From positions 85,004,001 to 85,068,000 of the forward strand of contig NC_058368.1 in the NCBI RefSeq assembly GCF_018350175.1: 64,000 nt of DNA. The letters are read 5' to 3'. Position numbers and translations under genes: made by a program. Below are positions 37,160 to 48,461 of the stretch, piece after piece (position 1 is the stretch's first letter; each line of letters opens with the position of its first letter). The DNA comes from Felis catus. Its lineage: Eukaryota. The notes below the pieces were generated by a model that made no database searches, was not told the origin of the DNA, and saw only the letters and a list, made by a program, of their open reading frames with translations.

Positions 37160-38014
37160 AGTTTATTTATTTCTTGAAGTAGGTCTGTATCACTATAAAC
37201 TTCCCTCCTAAACATCTTTTGTTTCATCCAATGTCTTTGGATCTTTCTGTTTCTATTTTTATTTGTATTCACCCATTGCTTGTTTGATAGCATGTTGTTT
37301 AGCCTCCATGTTTTTTGTTTGTTTGTTTGTTTTTCAGTTTTCCTTGTAATTGATTTAAAGTTTCATACTGCTGTGATCAGGAAAAAAAAAATGCTTGTTA
37401 TGATTTCAATTCCTTTACATTTGAAACTTTTTTTTTGGCCTTACATGTGATGTAACCAAGAGAGTGTTCCATGTCTACCTAAGAAGAATGCATAGTCTCC
37501 TGTCTTTGGATAGAATATTCTGTATATCTCTGTTACATTCATTTGATCTAATGTGCCATTCAAAATTATTGCTTTCATTCTAGAGTTTCTATCTAGATGA
37601 TCTAATAATTAATGTGAGGAGGGTGTTAAAGTTTCCAACTATTGTATTCTGTCACATTTTCCCTTAGGCGGTGAATATTTACTTTATATATTTAGGTGCT
37701 GGTAAATTGGGTACAGAGATATTTATAATTGTTCCATATTTTTGTTAGCTTAATCTCTTTATTACTATGTAATACTCTTCTTTGTCTTTTGCAAAAGTCT
37801 TTGCTCAATGTCTATTTTGCTAGATATAAATGTTACAATATTAACTTCCTTTTGCATGGATTCTCTTTCTCCACCTCTTCACCTTCAGGCAGTTGGTGTT
37901 TGTAGATGGGAAGTGAATCTCCTGTAGCCAGGACAAAAATGACGATTCTTTTTTTCTTAATCCATTCATTTACCCTAGGCCTTTTGATTGGAGCATTTAG
38001 TTTATTTACATTTA

Positions 38015-38220
38015 GGGCATCTGGGTGGCTCAGTAGGTTGGGCATCCGACTTTGGCTCAGGTCACGATCTCGTGGTTTGTGAGTTCAGGTCCCGCATGGG
38101 GCTCTGTGCTGACAGCTCAGAGCCTGGAGCTTGTTTCGGATTCTGTGTCTCCCTCTCTCTCTGCCCCTCACCCACTCAGGTTATGTCTCTGTCTCTTTCA
38201 AAAATAAATAAACATTAAAG
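38015..38220 (+). mobile_element. Can-SINE
   Basis: GGGCATCTGGGTGGCTCAG head and SINEC body. Confidence 0.92.
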
Positions 38221-38639
38221 AAATCAGAGTAATTATTCATGGGTATGTACTAATTGCTATTTTATAAATTGCTTTCTGGTTATTTCTGTAGTTCTTCTGA
38301 GTTCCTTTTTTCTTTTGTTCTCATCCTTTGTGATTTGGTGGCTTTCTTTTCGTGTTATTCTTGGCTAACTTTCTCTTTATTTATTTTTTTGTTTCTATGT
38401 TAAGGTTTTGATTATGGTTAAGGTTTTTATATATGAACAACTGGGTTCATATATAACATCTTATGTGTATAACAATCTATATGAATTTGATATTGCTTAA
38501 TTTTGAGCACATTATAAAAGCACAAAATTTTACTCCCTCATCCATGTATTATGTATATACAATGTTACATTTTACATCTTTTGTTTGGTTTATCTCGATT
38601 AATTTCATAGATATAATTAAATTTACTACTTTTGTGTTT

Positions 38640-38870
38640 TATTTTTTATTTATTTTTTTAAATTTTTTTAACGTTTATTTATTTTTGAGACAGAGAGAGA
38701 CAGAGCATGAACGGGGGAGGGTCAGAGAGAGGGAGACACAGAATCTGAAACAGGCTCCAGGCTCTGAGCTGTCAGCACAGAGCCTGACGTGGGGCTCGAA
38801 CCCACGGACTGTGAGATCATGACCTGAGCTGAAGTCGGACGCTTAACCGACCAAGCCACCCAGGCGCCCC
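38640..38870 (-). mobile_element. Can-SINE
   Basis: TSD ACTACTTTTGTGTTTT. Confidence 0.95.
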
Positions 38871-39094
38871 AACTACTTTTGTGTTTTAAAGTTCATACTG
38901 GCTATATAAGTAATTACTGTAATCACCCTTACTGCATGTCTGCTTTTGCTCATGTATTTTTTTCTTTTATAATTTTCTTGTATTTGTGGCCTTTTATTTA
39001 TGTTTACATAATTCTGTTTATTTCCTGGAATACTGGTTAGGTGGTGAGGAACCCTTAACCTTTGTTTGTTTAAGAAACGCTTTCTCTCTCATTC

Positions 39095-39227
39095 TTTTTA
39101 AATTTTATTTTTTTTAAGTTTATGTATTTATTTTGAGAGAGAGATTGTGTGAGCAAGAGAGGGGAAAAGAGAAAGGGGGCGGGGGAATCCCAAGAAGGCT
39201 CTGCAACATAAGCCACCCAGGTGTCCC
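39095..39227 (-). mobile_element. Can-SINE with internal deletion
   Basis: Tail and GA-rich part joined to the head via GGCTCTGCAACATAAGCCACCCAGG. Confidence 0.8.
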
Positions 39228-39801
39228 TCAGTCAATTCTAAGTTATAACCTTGCTAAATAGATTATTCTGTTGTAGATATATGTTTTTTTTTTTCTCCCT
39301 AGCACTTTGAATATACCATGCCACTTCCTTCTGATTTGTAAGGTTACTGCGGAAATATAGCTGATTACCTTATGGGGATTTCCCTCTATATAACTGTTTG
39401 GTTTTTTTCCCTCTTGCTATTTTTAATATTCTGGTTCTATCATTACTTTTACATTATCTGGCTTTATCATTATTATTTATCATTGTAATTATTGTGTTTT
39501 TATGTGGGCCATCTTGGGTTCATCTTGTTAAAGATCCTTTGTGTTTCCTGGGTCTGAATGGCTGTTGTCTTCTACAAATCAAGGACATTTTCAGCTATTA
39601 TTTCTTCAAATAAGTTTTCTCCCCTCTTTTCTCTGTCTTTTACCTCTGGAATCTCTATAATTTGAATTTTATTATACTTGATGGTGTCACAGAGTTCCCT
39701 TAACCTATTCTCATTTATTATTTTATTCTTTTTACTGTTCATATTGGTTGCTTTCCATCACCCTCTCTCATAGAGAGCTAATTCATTCTTCTTCACCTTC
39801 T

Positions 39802-39995
39802 GTTTTTATTTTATTTTTGAGAGACACACAGTGAGAGCGGGGAAGGGGCAGAGAGAGATGGAGACAGAATATGAAGCAGGCTCCAGGCTCTGAGCTGTCA
39901 GCATAGAGCCTGACGTGGGGCTTGAACTCACAGACTGCAAGATCATGACCTGAGCCTAAGTCAGACACCCAACTGACTGAGCCACCCAGACACCC
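39802..39995 (-). mobile_element. Can-SINE
   Basis: Near-TSD ATTCTTCTTCACCTTCT / ATTCTTCTGCATCTTCT. Confidence 0.9.
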
Positions 39996-41053
39996 CATTC
40001 TTCTGCATCTTCTGATATGCTGTTGATTCCCACTGTGGTATTTTTCATCTCAGTTATTATTTTGTTTAATCTCTGGTTCTTTTTTTATATTTTCTGTCTC
40101 TTTATTAAAGGTCTCACTGAGTTTATCTTTTCTCAAATCAGATGAGTATATTTATGATCAGTAATTTAAATTATGTATCAATATATTGCTTATCTGTTTC
40201 ATTTAATGCTTTTACAGTCATTTTTCCTTATTCTTTCGTTTGAGACATATTCCTTTGTTCCTCATTTTGTCTAACACTCTTTGTTTATTTCTATTAATTA
40301 AATAGGTCATCTACATTACCTGTTCTTATTGGCCTTGGGTAGAAGAGGTTCTGTGGTTCCTTGTAACAAAATCCCTCTTCTCACCAGAACCAAGCACTCT
40401 GGGCATGACATATTTGTGGTATGTGTATACCCCCTCTTTTAGCTGAGCCATGATCTACTGGTTGTAATGACCTGCTTTGCCTGTTGTGGGCTTACTGCCC
40501 AGAGTATTTTTCTCATGCTGTTGAGATATCTTTCTGAAGCCCCACAGTGTGGGCAGAGCTGGTGGTCAGCCTAGCTATCTGCAATTAGCTTCTCTGCCAC
40601 AGCTATAAGTACACTGAAAGGCTGGCCTTGCTCCCTTGCTCCCAGCTAAGAGCCTGTAATGCTATATAATTGCAAGCCTGCTAGTCAGTAGGTTTATTTC
40701 CTCTCCTTCTTCCCAGGGCAGGAGTCACTTTCAAGTGGTGCGTGTTCATTCCTGACCACCTGCATGGTGGGGCAGGATAGAATCTGCTTTAAGTGGATGA
40801 CTGGCAAAGAAGCCTGGTTAAATGGGGTGGGTTCATAGATAAACATGGGGTTGGGGCACATGGTATTAGAAATGTAGAAGGAGAGTTTTAGTGCTGGCTC
40901 TCACAAATGTCCAGCTGCCTAGGCTGGAGGAGGGAAATAGAAATGGCCCTGCCATCCCCATTTTTCCTGGAGAAATTCCTTTAGATCCCTTCCCTTCCAT
41001 CACATGTTCCAAGATTAGTCAATAAAACTCCTACATGTATGTGCCAGGTACTT

Positions 41054-41329
41054 TTATTTAATTGTTTTTAAACATTTATGCAGTTTTGAGAGACAGAGAG
41101 AGACGGACCATGAGTGGGGAAAGGGCAGAGAGAGGGAGACATAGAATCCAAAACAGGCTCCAGGCTCTGAGCTGTCAGCACAGGGCCCGACGTGGGGCTC
41201 AAACTCACAAACTGCAAGATCCTGACCTGAGCCGAAGTCGGATGCTCAACCGACTGAGCCACCCAAGCGCCTCTTATATTTTTTTTTAATTTTTTTTAAC
41301 GTTTATTCATTTTTGAGAGACAGAGAGAG
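41054..41329 (-). mobile_element. Full Can-SINE plus a tail-only Can-SINE within one TSD pair
   Basis: Full SINE ~41060-41273; second tail and (GA)n at 41275-41329; TSD TGTGCCAGGTACTT at 41040 and 41330. Confidence 0.85.
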
Positions 41330-42179
41330 TGTGCCAGGTACTTATCTAACTGCTGCTTCTGTGCTAGGTCTCAAGCTGATTTACTGAGTATGCTGGCTTT
41401 TATGAGTAGGGAGTTGATTTTCTATCACCTTGTAACTCTCTCAGAGTAAAGCCCACTAATTTTTCAAATTCCTGTAGTTAAGTGTTGTTGGTTTTCAAAG
41501 GCAGATATTATGGAATCTCTTCTTCCTCATATGAGTCCCCTGTGCCTGCCGTGGGATCTCATCCTGTCTCTTCTCCATGTTTTTGATGTACTTCTTATTT
41601 ATGGTTAGTTGCACTGATGTTTAGTCCTCAACCACGTCTCCACGACCCCTATCTTTTTTTGATGTGGCCTTCTCTGTATGAATAACTATTGGAGGTCTTT
41701 TTTTGCCAGTCTTCAGTAATTTTCAGAGTTGGTTTGTGTAGTCACAGTTGTTTCAGTGTGTCTGTAGAAGGGGTTGAACTCAGCATTCTTTTATTCTGTC
41801 ATCTCTCCTCCTTTCCCCTGATGACATTTATTTTCATTAAGTAACATGGTAATGTATTACTTTGATAACTGCTAAAAAATAAACTATGTATTGACTTTTT
41901 TATATTTTTGTTCATTGCAGTAAAATTTTATTCTGCTCTTATTGTTACATCAGAATTTTTCACAGATTTGTTAGCATCCAAACTACAGCTTGGCTCCTCT
42001 GACTTCACTTCTTATTATATTCTCTCCTCCACTGCATTTCAACCACAGTGAACAAAAGATAAATTAAGTATATAACACCAACCCATTTTTCCTCCCTTGT
42101 ATCCCTAGCCTAGAATTCCTTTCTTCTCACTTCCTTTGGGTCTTTATACAAAGTTTCAGGCCAAGATATATAAAACTCT

Positions 42180-42435
42180 AATCTTTTCCCAATACGTTAC
42201 ATCTCTTTTCCCTGACAATTTTTTCTTCTTAGTAATTATTTCCATCTAATAGTACATTGATTGGGTTTATTTGTTTGTATTTCTTGTGTTTGTGTTTATT
42301 GTCTAAATACCTACCACAAAGTAAGCCCTGTTATGGCAGGTATTTTTCCTGTTTTTTCACAGCTATATCCTCAATGCCTAAAATGGTGTTTGAGACATAC
42401 TATGACTGTATAAATATGTATAGAACTAATGAAAA
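42180..42435 (+). mobile_element. L2 3' end remnant
   Basis: TTCACAGCTATATCCTCAATGCCTAAAATGGTG ... ATAAATATG ... AATGAA resembles the L2 terminus. Confidence 0.6.
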
Positions 42436-42959
42436 ATTACCTATTATAAATTCAACAGTTTCCAGATATGCTAGAACTTTCCTTAAAATGGACACTTTTT
42501 ATTTTCTTCAGTTTAAAGGTGCTACTCTCCCAGGCAGTGGGGAATTATATGACTATTTTCAAACTAAGCATGAAGATAATTCTCCTTTCTGGGTAGACTG
42601 ATTCCACTCTTTTCCCCATGTTCATAATAGGTAGCATTATGGAGACACAAATTGGCCACAACATGACACCAATCCTTAGGCAAAGCTCAACATAGAAAAT
42701 ATTTTTTTTAAGAAAGCAACTACTAGGAGAGATGAGGATTCCCCATCCCCTCCCACTTCCTGTGAGAAAAGTATGGGGGAAAATGTAAGGGAAAAATGGA
42801 GTAGAGATGGGGACAGTTCATTACTTTATTAGTAGATTGTACCTTATTATCCTATCAGAATTTTGTGATGACGACAATGTTATACATAGACAAAGAAACT
42901 GTTTCTTGCTTTGCAAAAAAAAAAAAATCCCATTATATTTTTATGACCCCAGAGAGAAT

Positions 42960-43380
42960 GAGTATTAATAGCAGCAATTCTAACTGGTGTAACAGATACC
43001 CCTCGTGGGTCTCAGTGTTTTAATACAATAAAAGTTTATGATCTGTTCATAAAATTCCAACCTATAAGGATGTAGTGGGGTACATAGTTATTCTTCTTGC
43101 AGTTACTCAATGATTCAGGCTGAGAGATACTCTGCCATCTTCAACATATGACCCTCAAGATTAACTGGGCATCGACAAATATCTAACAAAAGACAGTGAA
43201 AGACTATGTGAGATGTTCTTATGGACCAGGAATGGATGTGGCAAATGTCACAGCCATTAATATCCTATTTGTCAGAACCTGGCTTTACATAATGCCTTAC
43301 TAAAAAAAGATGATGGGAAATATTGCTTAGCTATGATATCAGGGAAAAAAGAAAGTGAGTTTGGTGAATACTCAACTAAA
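42960..43380. mobile_element. MLT1-like (MaLR) LTR remnant
   Basis: CTGGTGTAACAGATACCCC ... TCTCAGTGTTTTAATACAATAAAAGTTTAT and GATGGGAAATAT ... CTATG resemble old MLT1 LTRs. Confidence 0.5.
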
Positions 43381-43914
43381 TGGTTGTGTAGTTTGTCTTG
43401 GCATATGAAGCCAAAAACATAGTCACTAGCCCCAGTAGAACCCTAAAGCAACAGTTTACCACATAAACTCTTGAATGGAAGCAGCTCCTACAGTGACCGT
43501 GTCAACAGGAACAAGGTACGATGAGAGGGTAATTACAATTACTAGATGTCTTTTTTATTTAATGCCAGCAACTAGATTTTATCCCAACTAATTTATTTAT
43601 TTCCCATCAAAATATACATTTAAATCTGTTTATTACTATTTGTTACTCCTCTATTCTGCTATCATGTTGTAAAAATAATTTTTAAAAGTTTTGCCTATAC
43701 AGCATCAGTAATACTTTGTAATATCTGTAATGTATTTATCGGCTGAGAAAGTTGTAAACCCATTCTAATTAGAAATCAAATAATGCCTATAATGTGGAAG
43801 TCTAGAATAGTTACTTTCTAGCACATCCTAAGAATATTAAGTGCCAATACTAAATAAAAGCAATGAGGACTAAGAAATGTTTATTTCCTGATATGCTTAT
43901 TGTTAAAGATTTAC

Positions 43915-44290
43915 CATTCATGTTTATCAAATCGAGTATTACATATTGTGTGCATACAATGTGCCAGGAACTGTTCTAGATGTTTGTGTCTGAAAGTCCC
44001 ATAAAAGGCACATTATGTAAAATTTATTTTGTTTAATGTTAGGAGATGCAGACTTTTAAGTTTAATATATTTTAGAAAGTGAAGGACGACTTCCCTGATA
44101 AAGCTTTATTTGAGCTGAAACCTGAAATATAGAGAATAGCCAAGTCAAGGAAGGATGAAAGTAATTTCATGATAAGGAGTCTTACATGCGATTTTAGAAG
44201 TTGGAAAGTGTTTATGGTAACAAATGACCCAATAAAGACCTTTATGATATTAGCTTGTACATGAAGGAGAGGGTAGGAAATGGACTTGAG
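43915..44290 (-). mobile_element. L2 remnant
   Basis: ATGTGCCAGGAACTGTTCTAGATG and ATTTGAGCTGAAACCTGAA are typical antisense L2 3' motifs. Confidence 0.6.
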
Positions 44291-44299
44291 GAATTTCTT

Positions 44300-44600
44300 T
44301 TCCTGAGTTCTCTGGGAAGCAGAACCCGATACAGTTATTTGTGAGATGATCTCAGGAGGTAAAAGTGATGGAGTGCAGAGAATGACATAGAGGAGGAAGA
44401 AAAATCAACATAAGGTATCCAGATCAAGGTTGCTGTTGTGTGCAACTGGAGTCCTATTTTGTTGGCACTCCTGAGGAACATACAAAATGCTTTTTAGAAT
44501 TATCCAACTGATTGTACTAGAAAAAGTTTCCCCATTAACTCCAATTCTTTTGGACCAATGGTTGCTTCCAGGAGGAATTTTCAAGTTGCACCACAACTCC
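44300..44600. mobile_element. MLT1-like LTR remnant
   Basis: GAGTTCTCTGGGAAGCAGAACCCGA ... TTATTTGTGAGATGATCTCAGGAGG. Confidence 0.45.
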
Positions 44601-44809
44601 AGATTATAACCAACAAAATCTCAGTTTGAGAATATGATAAACGCACATTCTAAAAGTGATGGAGTGATTGGAGGAGGGGGCAATCACCTCTTTGGCTCTT
44701 TTTCCATCTAGTTTGCAATAGTGCCATGTAGCATCTCTTGATTTAGTACCACCGTGTTGCTCTTAAGCTAGTATCTTAGATACAGCTTTAATAGGCTTTC
44801 TAATTTTTT

Positions 44810-47800
44810 TGGCCCAAGATGCTGATGTAGTAAGACCTTGAGCTCAACTCCTCTATGGCACACCAAATCTGTACCTATATAAAAAGCAATTTCTCCTAAA
44901 GAGTAATTGAGGGCTGACTGAACAGCTTCTTCACAACAAAAGCTACAGAACATAAGAGAGGAGAGATGGAGACATGAAAACAATGCTGATTCTGCAAACT
45001 ACATACGGAGAGATGATACTGAAGGACTGAGTCTATATTTGCCTGTCCTTGGGTATAGAAAAAAGAAATCCATGGTCTAAAGGGAAACTTATTTGGAGGT
45101 ACCTCCATACTGTTCTTCACAGGGACTATTCCAATTTAAATTCCCACCAATGATGCACAAGCGTTCTTTTTTCTCATTTCCTTGTCAACCCTTGTGATTT
45201 CTTGTCTTTTTTTTTCCATTTAGCCATTCCAACAGGTGTAAGGTAATAGCTCATTGTAGTTTTGATAATAATTCCACTATTGAGTATTTATCAAAACAAA
45301 ACAAAACAATTACTCAAAAGCAAATGCAATGACTCAAAAGGATACATGTTCCCCTATATTTATTGCAGCATTATTTACAATAGCCAAGATATGGAAGTAA
45401 CATAAATGGCATCAAGTGATTAATGGATAAGATATGAAATATATCTCACACAATGGAATATTACACAACCATTAAAATATGAGATTATGCCATTTGAGAC
45501 AACATGGATGAACCTAGAGGGTATAATTCTAAGTCAATCAAGTCAGACTAAGAAAGACTAATAACATATGATTTCTCTAATGTGGAATCTGAATAAAAAG
45601 AAAAAATAAACAAACAAATCCATAAAAAGACCTATAAATACAAAATCCAAACTGTAAATTGCCACAGGTGAAGGGAGCTGGGGTCTCAACAAAATAGGTG
45701 AAAGACAGTGGGAAACACAGGCTTCCAGTTATGAAGTAAAAAAATCAACGGAATAGAAAGCGAAAGGGATATAGTCAATCATATTGTAATAGTCATGCAC
45801 AGGCACAGGTGCATGGAACACCTAGGGCCACCCCATCCTATGTGTGCTACAGCTCTATCTTTCTAGGATGCTTATACTTGTGGTTTATTTAACATAGCAT
45901 AATGTATAAACTTGTTGAATCATTGTTTTGTACACCTGAAACTAATGTAACATTGTATGTCAACTATACTCAAATAAATGTAACTAGAGTGTAAATGAAC
46001 TAACCTTATCTTGATATTGAGGATGAGAACATGGTCTAAGCCCTAGCAAGCCTACCACCTGAGTGGTTCTCATGTGCTTAAGCTCACACAAGTTCAGGAT
46101 GCTCTGGGGTACAGAAAAATATCATAGTTTAAAATAAAAACTAGAATGTAAAGTAACCACCCTAGAACTCCACCAAACAGCAAGGGAGCTGCTAGAAATC
46201 GCTCTGGAATCAGAGAAGCAGGTGAGTGTGTTTATTTATATTCTTCCTCCACTTTTATAGCAGAGATGGAAGCAGGGTCTGGACACCTAAGCCAACCAGC
46301 TGCCTTAATGAAACTTGAGCCCCCAGTACACACCATGGCCACAGCATGGCACTCAATCTGAAACCATTATAAAGCACCCACTATAGCTCCAGTCTTCTCA
46401 CAGGCACAAAATATCCTGGGAACTTTAGGCTTACACCTGCTTCAGTTCAGATGACTTGACAGAGCACACCCCACATGGAACACTCTAGGGCTTGTAAGCC
46501 CAAATCCACTTCACTTCCAGCTTTCCTTCCCCTCCCCCTTCCCTGAAGAGTACCCTGAGACTTCCTGACCCACTACATCAGCTCCAATTGGCCTTCCAAG
46601 GTGTTCAACCAGGTACACACTACAGTATTCTTACTCCTGTTTTAACCATTTTGCCAGGATTCCCCTTGTGTGGAAAGCCCTGAGAGACCCCCATTTCAGG
46701 ACCATTTCTGTTCTAGGAGTCCCACTAAGGCAGTCCCAGCACAGAATGCCTAGGAACTTGCAGCCCATGTGTGTGACAGCCACAGCTAGTCAAAGCCTCT
46801 AGTACATGTAACCTACACAGGGGATGTCCCTACACAAGGCCATCCTTACAACTTTAGGAAAGTTAACTGTTCCATCTAATTCACAAATACAAACATAGAG
46901 AGTCAAACAAAATGAGGAGACAGAGAAACATGCTCAAAATGAAAGGGAAAAACAAAACTTCAGAGTAATAACTAAATTAAATGGAAAGAAACAAACTACT
47001 TGACAAAGAGTTCAATGTAATCATCATAAAGATGCTCACTAGACTGGAACTCAGTAAGAATTTCAACAAAACACAATACACACACACACATACATAAACA
47101 CATATGTGTGCATATATATACATATAATTTGTGTATTGTATATATTTGTGTGTGTGTATATATATATACACACATATATATGTGTGTGTATGTGTGTATA
47201 TATATATACATATATATACATATATATATTTGTTTGTGTATATGTATATGGATATTCGCTTGGCTAAAGAATACAATAACTGAAGTGAAAAACAGAGTAG
47301 AGGATATCAAGAACAGAGTAAAAGGTGGAAAAGATCAGTGAACTGAAGACAGATACTGGAAAACACCAAAGCTGAACAACAAAAAGAAAAAAAAATGAAA
47401 TAAGGATAATTTTAGGGAACTCTGGGACAACATTAAGCATAAAATCATTTACATTATATGGGTTCAAAGAAAATACAAGAAACAAAGGGACATAAGTCCT
47501 ATATGAATAAATAATTGCTAAAAAATATCTTAACCTGAGCAAGGAAACAGATATCCAGGTCCAGAAAATTGAGATCCCAAACAAGATAAACCTAACAAGT
47601 CCACAGTGAGACACATAGAAATTAAACTGGCAAAGATTAAAGATAAAGAAAGAATTTTAAGACACCAAGAAAGAACAAACTATTTACACACAAAACAAAC
47701 CCCATCAAGATATTATCTGATTTTACAGGAGAAATTTTGTAAGCCAGAAAAGATAGGTATGATATAAGTAAAGTGTTTAGAAGAAAAAAAGTCTATAACA

Positions 47801-47957
47801 ATTACTATGATACCCAAAGGTTATCATTCAAATTCAAAGAGAGATAAAGGGTTTCCCAGACAAACAAAATTTAAAGAAGTTTACCGCCACTACACTGGTG
47901 ATAAACTTTTCTTAGAAGAAAAGAAAAAGCCATAATTTTAAGAAGACTATAAATTGA
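44810..47957 (+). mobile_element. Old LINE-1 5'UTR (with degenerate ~60-bp repeat array 46380-46800) and ORF1; continues at 54721
   Basis: 5' end CCAAGATGCTGATGTAGTAAGACCTTGAGC; ORF1 start AAAATGAGGAGACAGAG at ~46910; TA/TG microsatellite 47075-47250. Confidence 0.8.
45081..46029 (+). mobile_element. Twin-primed LINE-1 3' fragment inserted in the older L1 5'UTR
   Basis: Antisense segment 45086-45266, sense segment 45267-45978 ending AATAAA; flanking CATGGTCTAA at 45071-45080 and 46030-46039. Confidence 0.8.
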
Positions 47958-47999
47958 GGGATGCCTGAGCAGCTCAGTCAGTTAAGACTTTGGCTCTTT
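47958..47999 (+). mobile_element. Head of a split Can-SINE (body at 54541-54720)
   Basis: GGGATGCCTGAGCAGCTCAGTCAGTTAAG. Confidence 0.8.
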
Positions 48000-48012
48000 T
48001 TAAAAAAAAATT

Positions 48013-48230
48013 TGGGGGGCGCCTGGATGGCTCAGCTGGTTGAGTGTCCGACTTCGGCTCAGGTCATGATCTCGTGGTTCGTGAGTTCGAGCCCCGCGTT
48101 GGGCTCTGTGCTGACAGCTCAGAGCCTGGAACCTGCTTCGGATTCTGTGTCTCCCTCTCTCTCTGCCCCTCCCCCATTCATGCTCTGTGTCTCTCTCCTT
48201 CAAAAATAAATATTTAAAAAACTTAAAAAA
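48013..48230 (+). mobile_element. Can-SINE
   Basis: Complete head, body and tail; flanked by TAAAAAAAAATT / TAAAAAAATT. Confidence 0.95.
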
Positions 48231-48461
48231 ATTTTTTAATATATGAAATTTATTGTCAAATTGGTTTCCATACAACACCCAGTGCTCATCCAAACAGGTG
48301 CCCTCCTCAATACCCATCACCCTCCCTCCCCTCCCTCCCACACCTCATCAACCCTCGATTTATTCTCATTTTTTAAGAGTCTCTTTTATGTTGGCTCTCT
48401 CCCACACTAACCTCTTTTTATTTTTTTACTTCCCCTCTCCCATGGGTTCCTGTTAAGTTTC

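Larger units (their letters stand above)
37160..41805 (-). mobile_element. Old LINE-1 5' half (5'UTR, ORF1, ORF2 endonuclease) with several SINEs
   Basis: Antisense endonuclease (LNVNKLNAPIKR in ORF 37833-38045), ORF1 region, and 5' end TCTGTCATCT near 41800. Confidence 0.8.

Noticed and set aside
42257..42601. 114-aa ORF in a non-L1 island
   Set aside because: TTG start, overlaps an L2 remnant, and has no recognisable domain.
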